A stretch of DNA of 64,000 nucleotides from an uncultured Acidobacteriota bacterium (GTDB lineage: Bacteria; Acidobacteriota; Vicinamibacteria; Vicinamibacterales; UBA8438): NCBI GenBank assembly GCA_913043225.1, contig CAJWLU010000010.1, forward strand, positions 64,001 to 128,000, written 5' to 3'. Both the position numbers and the translations under genes were made by a program. Each line of letters starts with the position of its first letter. Position 1 is the first letter of the stretch. Shown here piece after piece: positions 1-8,930 of this stretch. Under the pieces are notes generated by a model. The model was not told where the DNA came from and ran no database searches. It worked only from the letters and a program-made list of their open reading frames with translations.

Positions 1-632
1 GTGATCACCTCGGCCAGCTCGTTCGACAGCGGCCACACCCCGCCTTCACCCTGGATTGGTTCGACGATCAGGGCCGCGACTTCGTCGGTCAGTGCCGCCT
101 CCAGTGCCAATGGGTCATCGGGCGAGACGAAGGTCACGTCCAGCAGTGGGGCGAACGGAGCGCGATACCCCGGTTCGGCCGTGGTCGACAACGCGCCTAG
201 GGTGCGACCGTGGAAGGAACGTTCCAGCGCGACGAACCGGGTGCGGCTGTGTACGTCCTGGCTGTACCAGTAGCGCCGGGCGAACTTTAGGCAGCCTTCG
301 ACAGCCTCGGTGCCGCTGTTGCAGAAGAACACGCGGGCCAGACCCGAGAGCCTCGCCAGGCGTTCTCCCACCTGACCCTGGAGGGGGTGGAAGTAGAGGT
401 TCGACGTGTGGAGCAACGTCTTGGCCTGATCAGCCAGCGCCTCCGCCAGTACTGGATTGGCGTGACCCATCGAGGCCACCCCGAGACCGGAGATGAAGTC
501 GAGATACGGTTGCCCTGCGGTGTCATACAGGTGGCTGCCTTCGCCTCGGTTGAGTACGATGGGAATGCGCCGGTACACCTGGAGCAGGTATTCAGTTTCG
601 AGGGATTGAATATCGGCTGCGTCGGTGGTCAT
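1..632 (-). CDS. argD: Acetylornithine aminotransferase, partial (3' end off the window)
   Basis: Not in the ORF track. Manual translation from ATG 632 gives MTTDAADIQSLETEYLLQVYRR..GEG..YLDFISGLGVASMGH..SNLY..FFCNSGTEAVEG..FHGRTLG..EPIQGEGG (class III aminotransferase). ATGA overlap with the argB stop. Confidence 0.93.
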   Translation of the reverse strand, partial: MTTDAADIQSLETEYLLQVYRRIPIVLNRGEGSHLYDTAGQPYLDFISGLGVASMGHANPVLAEALADQAKTLLHTSNLYFHPLQGQVGERLARLSGLARVFFCNSGTEAVEGCLKFARRYWYSQDVHSRTRFVALERSFHGRTLGALSTTAEPGYRAPFAPLLDVTFVSPDDPLALEAALTDEVAALIVEPIQGEGGVWPLSNELAEVI

Positions 633-1450
633 GACTCTGTCGACTCCGATCCGTCCATCGAGGGGATCTCGATTCGAGTACCAGGGCTGGCATCCAGGTC
701 GGCGGTCTGCTTGCCGGTGACGATGTCTACGCGCGCGACCCCACTCCTGGCCGCAGCGCGGCAGGCCGTCAGCTTGGCCACCATCCCCGCGCTGGCCCGG
801 CCGTCTCCGATCAGCTGGTCCATCAGCGCCCCGTCCACCACCGGAATGGTCGCGCCGTCCGGGTCAAGCACGCCGGCCGTGCCGCCTGCGATGAGCAACC
901 GGTCGGCGCCAAGCGACGCCGCGAGGTGTCCCGCTAGGGTATCGGCGTTGACGTTCAGAAGCTGGCCGTCGTTGTTGGCGCCAATGCTCGCTACGACTGG
1001 CACAAATCCGCCAGCGCAGAGCGTTTCGATCAGTTGTGACCCGTCGCCGAAGGGTTGACCAACGAAGCCGAGGTCAACCGTCGCGCCGTCGGCGGCCGCA
1101 TAGGGCGCCGCCACTTGTACGCTGGCGACATCGCCGTCGGCCGCTGTCAGGCCGACGGCGCGCACTCCCATACTCCCGAGCGTCGCGACCAGGCGGGTGT
1201 TTACGCGTCCCGCGAGCACTCCGACGACGATCTCGAGGGTCCGGGCGTCGGTGATCCTGAGTCCGTCTACCGCGCGCTTGTCGATGCCGTGCACTGCCAT
1301 GTCGGCGTCGACCTCACGTCCGCCTCCATGGACTACTACGAGCGCCGAAGCCTGGGACACGCGCCGGATCGCGGTCGCCATCGCGCCGCGCCGCTCATCG
1401 GTCTCGAGCAGTTCGCCGCCGAACTTGAGAACGGTCAGGCCGGCGGTCAT
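629..1450 (-). CDS. argB: Acetylglutamate kinase
   Basis: VLKFGG, VVVHGGG, GLRITD, NVNAD, GMVAKL motifs; arg operon context. Confidence 0.95.
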   Translation of the reverse strand: MTAGLTVLKFGGELLETDERRGAMATAIRRVSQASALVVVHGGGREVDADMAVHGIDKRAVDGLRITDARTLEIVVGVLAGRVNTRLVATLGSMGVRAVGLTAADGDVASVQVAAPYAAADGATVDLGFVGQPFGDGSQLIETLCAGGFVPVVASIGANNDGQLLNVNADTLAGHLAASLGADRLLIAGGTAGVLDPDGATIPVVDGALMDQLIGDGRASAGMVAKLTACRAAARSGVARVDIVTGKQTADLDASPGTRIEIPSMDGSESTES

Positions 1451-2436
1451 GAGAGGCCCGTCGTCTCATCGAGTCCGAAGGCCACGTTCAGGTTTTGCAG
1501 GGCTTGACCAGCCGCCCCTTTGACCAGGTTGTCGAGGCAGGCAACAAGAACCAGGCGTCTAGACGCCTGGTCCCAGCGCCAGCCGATGTCGCAGAAGTTG
1601 GTGTGCACTACGTGCTTGATCTCGGGCAGTACGTCGCCGTCGACTCGGACGAAGGGGGCGTCCCTGTAGGCCGCGTCGAACGCCTCGGCGATTGCGGCGG
1701 CGCTCAGTCCCGGCCGGGTCCGGACGTAGATGGTCTCCAGGATGCCTCGGTCGAGTGGCACGAGATGCGGTGTGAACGTTACCGGTCGATCGAGCTCCTG
1801 CTCGATCTCGGCCCCATGCCGGTGACCCAGCACGCTATAGGCCGCGACGCTCCCATGGTTCTCAGAGAAATGGGTCCGTTCCGAGGGCTTCTTGCCGGCG
1901 CCGGAAATGCCGGACTTGGCGTCGATGATGATGTCACCCTCGAGGAGTCCAGCGTCAGTCAGCGGTCGGAGTGCCAGTAGTGCGCCCGTGGGGTAGCAGC
2001 CGGGACACGCGACCAGGCGAGCTGTCTGTAGTTCGTCTCGGTAGTACTCGGTCAGTCCGTAGACCGCCGGTTCGTCCAGGTCCGGGGTCGCCGGGTACCA
2101 CCGGAGCCGCAGCGAGCGGTCGCGCAGTCTGAACGTTCCGGCCAGGTCGAATACGCGGACTCCTCGTTCCGTCAGCGCCGGTCCCACTTCGGCGGCCACT
2201 GCGTCAGGCAGCGTCATGAACACCGCTTGACACTCCGCAGCCAACCGGTCCACTGACAGCGGTTCCACCTCGCCGTTCCAGATGCGTGTCAGCGCGGGGA
2301 GGCGGCGGTTACCATCGGTCGAGGCCGATGCCATCGCGCAGGTCACGGTGGCGGCGGGATGTCGGGCGGCCAGCCGAATCAGCTCCTGCCCCGCGTATCC
2401 GGTTGCGCCGGCGACGCCGATAGAAATTTCAGGCAT
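1447..2436 (-). CDS. argC: N-acetyl-gamma-glutamyl-phosphate reductase
   Basis: GATGYAGQEL, ACPGCYPT, SGISGAG, DNLVKGAAGQALQN. Confidence 0.97.
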   Translation of the reverse strand: MPEISIGVAGATGYAGQELIRLAARHPAATVTCAMASASTDGNRRLPALTRIWNGEVEPLSVDRLAAECQAVFMTLPDAVAAEVGPALTERGVRVFDLAGTFRLRDRSLRLRWYPATPDLDEPAVYGLTEYYRDELQTARLVACPGCYPTGALLALRPLTDAGLLEGDIIIDAKSGISGAGKKPSERTHFSENHGSVAAYSVLGHRHGAEIEQELDRPVTFTPHLVPLDRGILETIYVRTRPGLSAAAIAEAFDAAYRDAPFVRVDGDVLPEIKHVVHTNFCDIGWRWDQASRRLVLVACLDNLVKGAAGQALQNLNVAFGLDETTGLS

Positions 2437-2471
2437 GAATACTTATTCTTATCTAGGGGTATTTATACGTC
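2434..2471. promoter_or_regulatory. Tandem ARG boxes at the argC start
   Basis: TGAATACTTATTCT (2436-2449) and a weaker GGGGTATTTATACG (2456-2469), 20-bp period, match the TGNATWWWWATNCA ArgR consensus in an AT-rich patch. Confidence 0.8.
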
Positions 2472-2532
2472 ACTCTATCCTACCCGTCAACCGGGAAGGC
2501 TCTGGAAATACTGGTGACATGGTTTCCAGGGC

Positions 2533-2570
2533 GATGTATAGTATTCCAGCATTCTGAATAACTATGAAGA
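2533..2570. promoter_or_regulatory. Tandem ARG boxes overlapping the argR start (autoregulation)
   Basis: TGTATAGTATTCCA (2535-2548) and TGAATAACTATGAA (2555-2568), 20-bp period. Confidence 0.78.
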
Positions 2571-3025
2571 ACTTTCGCCAATCAGCGATTCTCGAGCTGG
2601 TAGCCCAGCAGGCGATCCGGAGCCAGGACGCCCTTCGCCGGCGCTTGGCCGAACAGGGTATCGTGGCGACCCAGGCGACGATGTCACGTGACATCAAAGA
2701 GCTGGGTCTCGTCAAGCGGGCAGCCGATGGAGCTTATCAGACCGCGGAGGCTCTCTCGGACAAGGCTCCGTCCGAGGGGCGGATCCGCAAGGCCGTGCTC
2801 GACTACCTCCGGCGTCTGGAACGCGTCGACCAGCTGTTGGTTTTGAAGACCAATCCGGGGCAGGCGCAGCCCCTGGCCTACGCCCTCGACCACGCGGCTT
2901 GGTCCGAGATTGTCGGGACGGTCGCTGGAGACGATACGATCCTGCTCGTCACGCGCTCGGCTCGCGATGCCACAGGGCTCGAGCGGCGGCTCATCGAGTG
3001 GGTCCGCGGTCGCTCCGGGGCGTGA
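2564..3025 (+). CDS. argR: Arginine repressor
   Basis: [24 protein letters not shown]-binding motif; GTVAGDDT arginine-binding motif. Confidence 0.97.
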   Translation: MKNFRQSAILELVAQQAIRSQDALRRRLAEQGIVATQATMSRDIKELGLVKRAADGAYQTAEALSDKAPSEGRIRKAVLDYLRRLERVDQLLVLKTNPGQAQPLAYALDHAAWSEIVGTVAGDDTILLVTRSARDATGLERRLIEWVRGRSGA

Positions 3026-3043
3026 TTAACGAGGACGCGTCTT

Positions 3044-4465
3044 ATGACTCATCTCTGGTCCGGTCGCTTCGACTCGGCCCCCAACAAAGAAGTCTTCGAG
3101 TTCCAGTCGTCGTTCGTCTTCGATCGCGCGTTGTTCGAGGACGATGTGACGGGCAGCCTGGCCTGGGCCGAGGCTCTGGCCGCTGCCGGTGTACTCTCGG
3201 AGGACGACGCCCAGGATATCCGCTGCGCGCTCGAGGAGATACTCGCGGCTGGCCGGGCCGACCCCGCGTTCATCGATGGCGATGACGAGGATGTCCACGC
3301 ATTCGTCGAACGTCAACTGATCGCTCGCATTGGTGACGCGGGCAAGCGTCTGCATACTGGCCGGTCCCGGAACGAGCAGGTGTCGCTCGATCTCAGGCTC
3401 TACCTCCGGCGCCATATTCTCGGGCTGCGCCGCGAGCTGGCGGCCCTCGTCGGGGCGCTAGTGGCTCAGACCGAGGCCGCCGGGTCTGCCTTGATGCCGT
3501 CCTACACCCACCTGCGCCGCGCTCAGCCGATCCTGGTGAGTCATTATCTGCTGGCGCACGCAGCGGCCTTTCGGCGCGACGATCGTCGCTTCGCCGTTGC
3601 GGCCGATGAGGCCGACGCCCTACCGCTCGGATCTGGCGCGATCGCGGGCACGAGCTACGCGGTGGACACGGTCGCCCTTGCCGCGCGGCTCGGATTCACG
3701 CGCGTGGTCTCGAACAGCCTCGACGCCACCGCCGACCGGGACTTCGTGTCGGCGTTCTTGCACGCCTCCGCGGGAACCCTTATCCACCTGAGCCGGTTGG
3801 CCGAGGATCTCATCCTGTTCACTAGCGAGGAGTTTGGGTTCTTCGCGTTGTCTGACGCGGTCACGACGGGAAGCAGTCTCATGCCTCAGAAGAAGAACCC
3901 CGACCCATTAGAGCTCGTTCGCGGAAAGTCGGGACGGGTGATCGGTCGACTGAGCGGGTGGCTTGCGACGATGAAAGGCTTGCCCAGTGGCTACAACAAG
4001 GATCTGCAGGAGGATAAGGAGGCGGTCTTCGACACCGAGGTGACAGTCCGCCGGTCGCTGCGGGCCGTGGCCGCGGTGGTGCGTACCCTCGCGCTCGACC
4101 CGGTGCGGACCGATGCGGCGGCGTCGGGTCTGTCACTGGCCACCGACGTGGCTGACCTGCTGGTGGCACGCGGGGTGCCGTTCCGGGAGGCGCACGAAGT
4201 CGTCGGCCGGATGGTGCGCGACCTGCTGGAGGCTGGTCGCGACTTCAGCGCGCTGTCGCCAGACGAGTGGCGCGGCTACCACGAGCGACTGGACGTCGAG
4301 GCCGCCGCGCTGATCTCGGCGCGTGGTTCGGTCGAGGCTCGGCAGACACCGCAATCGACCGCCCCAGACGCTGTGGCCGCCGCCCTCGATGAGACGAGAC
4401 GTTGGCTGACCGAGCGGGTCGGTTCGGCGGATACGGAAAACGTTTACGATCCCGCCTCTGAGTAG
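3044..4465 (+). CDS. argH: Argininosuccinate lyase
   Basis: LWSGRF, LHTGRSRNEQ, YTHL, GSSLMPQKKNPD, YNKDLQEDK. Confidence 0.98.
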   Translation: MTHLWSGRFDSAPNKEVFEFQSSFVFDRALFEDDVTGSLAWAEALAAAGVLSEDDAQDIRCALEEILAAGRADPAFIDGDDEDVHAFVERQLIARIGDAGKRLHTGRSRNEQVSLDLRLYLRRHILGLRRELAALVGALVAQTEAAGSALMPSYTHLRRAQPILVSHYLLAHAAAFRRDDRRFAVAADEADALPLGSGAIAGTSYAVDTVALAARLGFTRVVSNSLDATADRDFVSAFLHASAGTLIHLSRLAEDLILFTSEEFGFFALSDAVTTGSSLMPQKKNPDPLELVRGKSGRVIGRLSGWLATMKGLPSGYNKDLQEDKEAVFDTEVTVRRSLRAVAAVVRTLALDPVRTDAAASGLSLATDVADLLVARGVPFREAHEVVGRMVRDLLEAGRDFSALSPDEWRGYHERLDVEAAALISARGSVEARQTPQSTAPDAVAAALDETRRWLTERVGSADTENVYDPASE

Positions 4466-4471
4466 TAGAAT
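4443..4471 (+). promoter_or_regulatory. Putative sigma70 promoter
   Basis: TTTACG (4443-4448), 17-bp spacer, TAGAAT (4466-4471). Confidence 0.6.
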
Positions 4472-4478
4472 GGGGTCA

Positions 4479-4682
4479 TTGCGCTTCGCAGTCTAGCCAC
4501 GCCGCCCCCCGCGAAGAGGGTATATGGCCGCCTGGCTGATTAGACGCCGTCCTGCTGCGAATCGCAAACCTAACTCTTCTTGAAGCGACGGACTAGTGCT
4601 TCACCGTGTTGTGTGACTTGGGCCTGTTTCTGCAAGTACGTGCTGGTTGCCAATGCCAGCGTGTAGCGGCTACCCACTGCTA
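4479..4682 (+). ncRNA. Candidate structured leader or small RNA (unassigned family)
   Basis: TTGCGCTTCGCAG (4479-4491) pairs with CTGCGAATCGCAA (4555-4567) and encloses nested stems. Further hairpins at 4581-4603, 4637-4665 and 4664-4682, the last two with G-U pairs favouring the + strand. Confidence 0.45.
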
Positions 4683-4693
4683 GAGAGGCATTC

Positions 4694-5398
4694 ATGGAGC
4701 AGCACCAGGTTCGCCTGGGCGACGTCCTTGACGACTACTGCCCCCGCGAACGACGCGTGACCAACCACGCCGTCGTCGCCATTGTTGGCGACGAGATTAA
4801 GCTAACGCGATGCACGACCTGTGACAACGAGCATCCCTACAAGGAAGCGAAAGTGCCACCACGACGACAAACCAAGCTCGTAGCTGCGCTCTCGAAGTCG
4901 GAGGACGGGCCAACCCCCGCTCTGGCCGCGACTGCAAAGCAACAGGAGCCGGCACCGGCCCCTGTTCCTGCAGCCCCCCCGGCGGCGATGACTGAGGTCG
5001 AGGACATTGAGCCGGTCTCGTCGCCGCCACCGCCGCCCAGCGACTCGACGCACCGTCCACTGATTCGAGCTTCTCTCGCCCGGCCCGAGGGCACACCGCC
5101 GCCGGCCCGCGTGCCTCCGGTCTTCACGATTCGCGAGAGCGGTCGCGACGCGATCCTCGAGCGGGGAGCGAGCGGAAACGTCGCCCCGACGTCCCAACAG
5201 CCCTCGCGGAAACGACGCAGCGGCCGCTCGGGTGGTGAGGTAAACGGTAACCGCAGCGACGGGCATCAGGGCCAGACGACACGCCAGGGTCAGAACAAGA
5301 ACGGCAACTCGCGCAGCTCGCGGAATCGCAGTTCAGGGAACAGGGCCGAACGCCAAAACCGAAGCCAGCGGAACCGGGGGAAAGGCCGCTCCCGCTAG
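4694..5398 (+). CDS. Hypothetical protein: N-terminal putative Zn-binding domain and Pro/Arg/Asn/Ser-rich disordered tail
   Basis: DDYCPRERRVTNH..RCTTCDNEH Cys/His cluster; GAGAGG RBS; low-complexity basic C-terminus. Confidence 0.8.
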   Translation: MEQHQVRLGDVLDDYCPRERRVTNHAVVAIVGDEIKLTRCTTCDNEHPYKEAKVPPRRQTKLVAALSKSEDGPTPALAATAKQQEPAPAPVPAAPPAAMTEVEDIEPVSSPPPPPSDSTHRPLIRASLARPEGTPPPARVPPVFTIRESGRDAILERGASGNVAPTSQQPSRKRRSGRSGGEVNGNRSDGHQGQTTRQGQNKNGNSRSSRNRSSGNRAERQNRSQRNRGKGRSR

Positions 5399-5418
5399 TC
5401 GCTCAGCCGCGTGGTCTG

Positions 5419-5709
5419 ATGCCTCGCGTGTTCTTCCTGCTCTCGGCGGTGCTACTCCTGGCCAGCGGGTGCGTCACCCCCCTCGCTTCCACCAGCCTGC
5501 ACGACTCGACGATCAACGCTCGTGCGCGCGGGGCGCTCCTAAACCAACCGGGTACCGCTACGGTGCAGATCGAGGCCGAGACCGTGCGCGGCATCGTAAC
5601 CTTCTCCGGCATGGTCGAGTCGGTCGTGATCGAGGGGCGCGCCCCGACGCTCACCAAGAGGGGCGATGGGGTTCGCGAGGTCTCTTCGCGGCTCCAGTTC
5701 GCGAGATGA
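5419..5709 (+). CDS. BON-domain lipoprotein (divergent)
   Basis: Lipobox LLASGC; DSTINARARGALL..GIVTFSGMVES..DGVREVSSRL resembles BON. Confidence 0.6.
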   Translation: MPRVFFLLSAVLLLASGCVTPLASTSLHDSTINARARGALLNQPGTATVQIEAETVRGIVTFSGMVESVVIEGRAPTLTKRGDGVREVSSRLQFAR

Positions 5710-5740
5710 TCGGGTCGGTGTCCCGCGGCGGCCCGGAGCT

Positions 5741-5995
5741 ATGAGCGTCACCATCCGCCGCGTGCGCGGGACCCTGCTCAGGTTGGTCATGCATCGAGCC
5801 ACGGCGGTCGTAGCCGGGGCGGTGCTCTTGGTTCCAGCCGTAGCGCTGATGGTGGGGGAGTTTACGTTCGAGAACTGGGTGACCGATGGTCTCACTCTAA
5901 TAGCGGGCGGGACTGGAGCGGCACTGCTGTTGACCGGCGTCGCTGGTCGCCGGCCGGATTGGGTAGATCCTGACGAACCGCTCGATTCAGATTGA
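5741..5995 (+). CDS. Small two-TM membrane protein
   Basis: GGAG RBS, ATG 5741, two hydrophobic segments, C-terminal RRPDWVDP. Confidence 0.65.
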   Translation: MSVTIRRVRGTLLRLVMHRATAVVAGAVLLVPAVALMVGEFTFENWVTDGLTLIAGGTGAALLLTGVAGRRPDWVDPDEPLDSD

Positions 5996-5999
5996 CGCG

Positions 6000-6116
6000 T
6001 CAGTCCAACCCCGCCGTCGAGTCCGACTGGGGCTCGAGGTTGTATTCCACGATCTTGCGATACAGCGTGCCTCGGCTGATCTCGAGGATCTTGGCCCATC
6101 ATCGATACTTTTTCCC
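6000..6116 (-). pseudogene. Remnant of a Fis-type helix-turn-helix gene
   Basis: Minus frame reads GKKYR*WAKILEISRGTLYRKIVEYNLE..*, a typical Fis HTH with an in-frame stop and no intact start. Confidence 0.65.
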
Positions 6117-6219
6117 TTAACCCAGCTCCTGTCAGGGTCACTGTCGAAAAGTGGTACACTCTCGCCCCGACGAGTCGGCGCATGGGTGACGTCGGCCTGT
6201 CTTCCAAGACGCGAAGCCC

Positions 6220-7353
6220 GTGCCCCATCGTCCATCAGCTCCCTCGGGCCGGTCTGGCGCTAGCCGTCATCTCTCGGGACAGCCCATCAAGTACTACCGG
6301 CCGACCGGTCAGCCGCAAATCCGCCGCCTCGTCGACGACGGCTTTCAGGCGTTCAACGCCGGTCGTCTGTCGGAAGCCTGCCGGGTCTATAGTGACAAGA
6401 TGCTCGACCCCGGCAATGACGTGACCATCGGCCTTACGATGGCCGGGGCACTTACTCCGGCTGGGCTTGGCGGGTGCGTCATCGAGCTGATGGAGCGGGG
6501 GCTGGTCGACTTTGTGATTAGCACTGGCGCGAACCTCTACCACGACCTCCACTATGCCCTGAACTTCACACTGCACCGCGGCTCGCCGTTTCTCGATGAC
6601 GTGGAGCTCCACGAAGACGGGATCATCCGTATCTATGACGTGCTCTTCCCGGCCGATGTCTTGCTCGAGACCGATGCCTACGTCCGGGACTTCCTGGTGC
6701 GGAGCGGGCTAGAGGGCCCGGTGGCGTCGGCCACCTTTCATCAGGCGCTCGGCGACGACCTACGGGAGTGTCACCCCGGTTGCGAGTCGCATTCGCTGGT
6801 GGCGGCTGCCTCAGCGGCGGGCGTGCCGGTCTACACTTCCTCACCAGGCGACAGTTCCATTGGCATGAACGTCGCCTGGCAGTCGTTGCTGGGCGCGGGT
6901 GGCGGATGCGTCATCGACCCCAGCCGAGATGTCAACGAGGTCGCGGCCATCATCCTCTCCGGCACCCGGAACGGCTGCGTGATCCTGGGAGGCGGGTCGC
7001 CAAAGAACTTCTACCTGCAGGGCCAGCCGACGCTGTGGGAGATCTACGGCATTCCGAAGGGCGGGAACGAGTACTTCATTCAGATCACGACCGATCAGGT
7101 GGTCTGGGGCGGGCTCTCAGGCGCGACACCGTCGGAGGCTGTTAGCTGGGGGAAGGTAAACCCTGGCATGCTGCCGGACGCCGTGGTGGCTTACTGCGAT
7201 ACGACCATAGCGTTCCCGATCTTCTGTGAGTACGCGGTAGGGTCCTCGCACGCGCGTCGGCCGCGTCGCGAGCTTGTCCACCGCCGTGACGAGCTCGTGG
7301 CGGAGCTTGAGCGCCAGGCGCGGGCCCGTGCCGAGGGCGATGGGGGCGACTAG
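6220..7353 (+). CDS. Deoxyhypusine synthase-like protein (probable homospermidine biosynthesis)
   Basis: AGALTPAG, STGANLYHD, GDSSIG, GGGSPKNF, GGLSGATPSEAVSWGK with the catalytic Lys retained. Confidence 0.92.
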   Translation: MPHRPSAPSGRSGASRHLSGQPIKYYRPTGQPQIRRLVDDGFQAFNAGRLSEACRVYSDKMLDPGNDVTIGLTMAGALTPAGLGGCVIELMERGLVDFVISTGANLYHDLHYALNFTLHRGSPFLDDVELHEDGIIRIYDVLFPADVLLETDAYVRDFLVRSGLEGPVASATFHQALGDDLRECHPGCESHSLVAAASAAGVPVYTSSPGDSSIGMNVAWQSLLGAGGGCVIDPSRDVNEVAAIILSGTRNGCVILGGGSPKNFYLQGQPTLWEIYGIPKGGNEYFIQITTDQVVWGGLSGATPSEAVSWGKVNPGMLPDAVVAYCDTTIAFPIFCEYAVGSSHARRPRRELVHRRDELVAELERQARARAEGDGGD

Positions 7354-7403
7354 CAGGTTGTCGGCGATCGAGTTTGTCGATCCATGGAACTTCTGACACT
7401 GCC

Positions 7404-7805
7404 ATGCACGCTGTGATGAAACGGATCTCGTTCTGTTATGGCCACCGCCTGATGGAGTACGACGGCGATTGCCGGCATCCGCATGGCCACAACGCCGTGG
7501 TCGAGATCGAGGTGTCTGCTCAGGAGCTCGATCGCCGCGGGATGGTGCGCGATTTTCGTGAGATCTCGGAGTTGATCGGTGGGTGGGTCGATCGCGAGCT
7601 GGATCACAAGATGATCCTTCGCCGGGACGACCCGCTGGTCGACGCGTTGCGGGGGATGGGGGAGCCAGTGTTTGTGGTCGACGTCAACCCAACCGCTGAG
7701 TGTCTAGCCGAGCTGATCTACTTGCAGGCGCGCGCGAGTGGCCTGCCGGTGACACGGGTTACCGTGTGGGAAACGCCCACCTCCTCGGCAACCTACGCCG
7801 CTTAA
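7404..7805 (+). CDS. queD: 6-carboxytetrahydropterin synthase / PTPS family
   Basis: GHRL..CRHPHGHN, DF, LDHK, NPTAE, WETPTS. Confidence 0.88.
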   Translation: MHAVMKRISFCYGHRLMEYDGDCRHPHGHNAVVEIEVSAQELDRRGMVRDFREISELIGGWVDRELDHKMILRRDDPLVDALRGMGEPVFVVDVNPTAECLAELIYLQARASGLPVTRVTVWETPTSSATYAA

Positions 7806-8191
7806 GCGTATTGGCTCATCGTCCTCGAACGAGTGACGTTTTTTGTGGCAATAGATTAAGACACAAATAGACACTGTCGAGTTCTGGCCGAACCCGAAGA
7901 TCGGGTTTAGCTTCCACGAGGCGGCCTTCGGAGATTTTTCCACCACCGCAGGGATTTTTTCCCTACCGAATCGAGAGGTTGTGCGAGTTGGTTGGTGAAT
8001 GAGTACGGAGGGTCATTTCTACAGGAAACTTCTTGCGCAATTAGCGGCGAGCTCGCTAGTTGATCGGTCGGTTGGGAAGGTAAGGAGAGGTCGGCAACAC
8101 GTCTATCGCCTCAGTTCCAGTAGGAAGCCTTGCCGGGAATCACCCATCGGACGCCACATCGAGGGTCTTCGACGTCTCCGTGGTAGCACCC

Positions 8192-8866
8192 TTAGGCGAC
8201 TTCTATCAGCACCTTCGAGGCGGCCTTGGTGCCGATCGTGATGCGCCGCTGCCCCTCCGTCAGCAGCTGCACGCTGTCAGCGGCCGAGTCCCGCGCTTCA
8301 ACCTCGAGCGCCTGACCAGGCTTGAGCCGCTGCGCTTCCAGGAACCGCAGGAAGGTTGCGTCCTGATCGGCAACCCGAGTCACCTTCACTTGGGTGTGCA
8401 GCGGACAGGTCAGCAGCGAGTGATAGCGGTGCGGCGCCATGTCCCCATCAGGAGTCGGGATCGGGTCGCCGTGCGGGTCGACCGAAGGGTGTCCCAGCAT
8501 GGCGTCCATCCGCTCGATCAGGCGGTCCGAGACGACATGCTCGAGCTTCTCGGCGTCTTCGTGCACCTCTGTCCAGCTCATTCCCATGATCTCGACCAGG
8601 AACTGCTCGATAAGGCGGTGTCGCCGGAGGACCATGGCCGCCAGCGCTGTCCCGGCGGTTGAGAGCCGGACACCCAGATACGGTTCGTACTCCACCAGCC
8701 CGGACTTGGCCAGCGCCTTGATCATGGTTGTCGCCGTGCCAGGAGCCACCCCCACTGCGCTTGCCAGCTGACCCATCGGCACCAGTGCCTTGTCGTTCTC
8801 GAGTGCGACCTGTGCCTGATACAGGGCCTTGAGGTAGTTCTCGACGGTGCTTGAAGGGAGCATCAC
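8192..8866 (-). CDS. DtxR/MntR-family metal-dependent repressor with C-terminal FeoA domain
   Basis: ENYLKALY, RRHRLIEQFL, VHEDAEKLEH, DPHGDPIP. Confidence 0.95.
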   Translation of the reverse strand: MMLPSSTVENYLKALYQAQVALENDKALVPMGQLASAVGVAPGTATTMIKALAKSGLVEYEPYLGVRLSTAGTALAAMVLRRHRLIEQFLVEIMGMSWTEVHEDAEKLEHVVSDRLIERMDAMLGHPSVDPHGDPIPTPDGDMAPHRYHSLLTCPLHTQVKVTRVADQDATFLRFLEAQRLKPGQALEVEARDSAADSVQLLTEGQRRITIGTKAASKVLIEVA

Positions 8867-8885
8867 GGAGCTGTTCGGCGGAAGT

Positions 8886-8930
8886 TTGACATGTGTAGCC
8901 TATTCACCCTATATTTTGATTTCTCAAAAT
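8886..8930 (+). promoter_or_regulatory. Sigma70 promoter overlapped by a palindromic DtxR/MntR-type operator
   Basis: TTGACA (8886-8891), 18 bp, TATATT (8910-8915). Inverted repeat ATTTTGA-TTTC-TCAAAAT (8913-8930) lies between the divergent regulator and the oxidase. Confidence 0.75.

Noticed and set aside
4479..4567. SRP RNA or 6S RNA identity for the long hairpin
   Set aside because: Lacks the SRP helix-8 motif and is too short for a 6S rod, so it is left unassigned.
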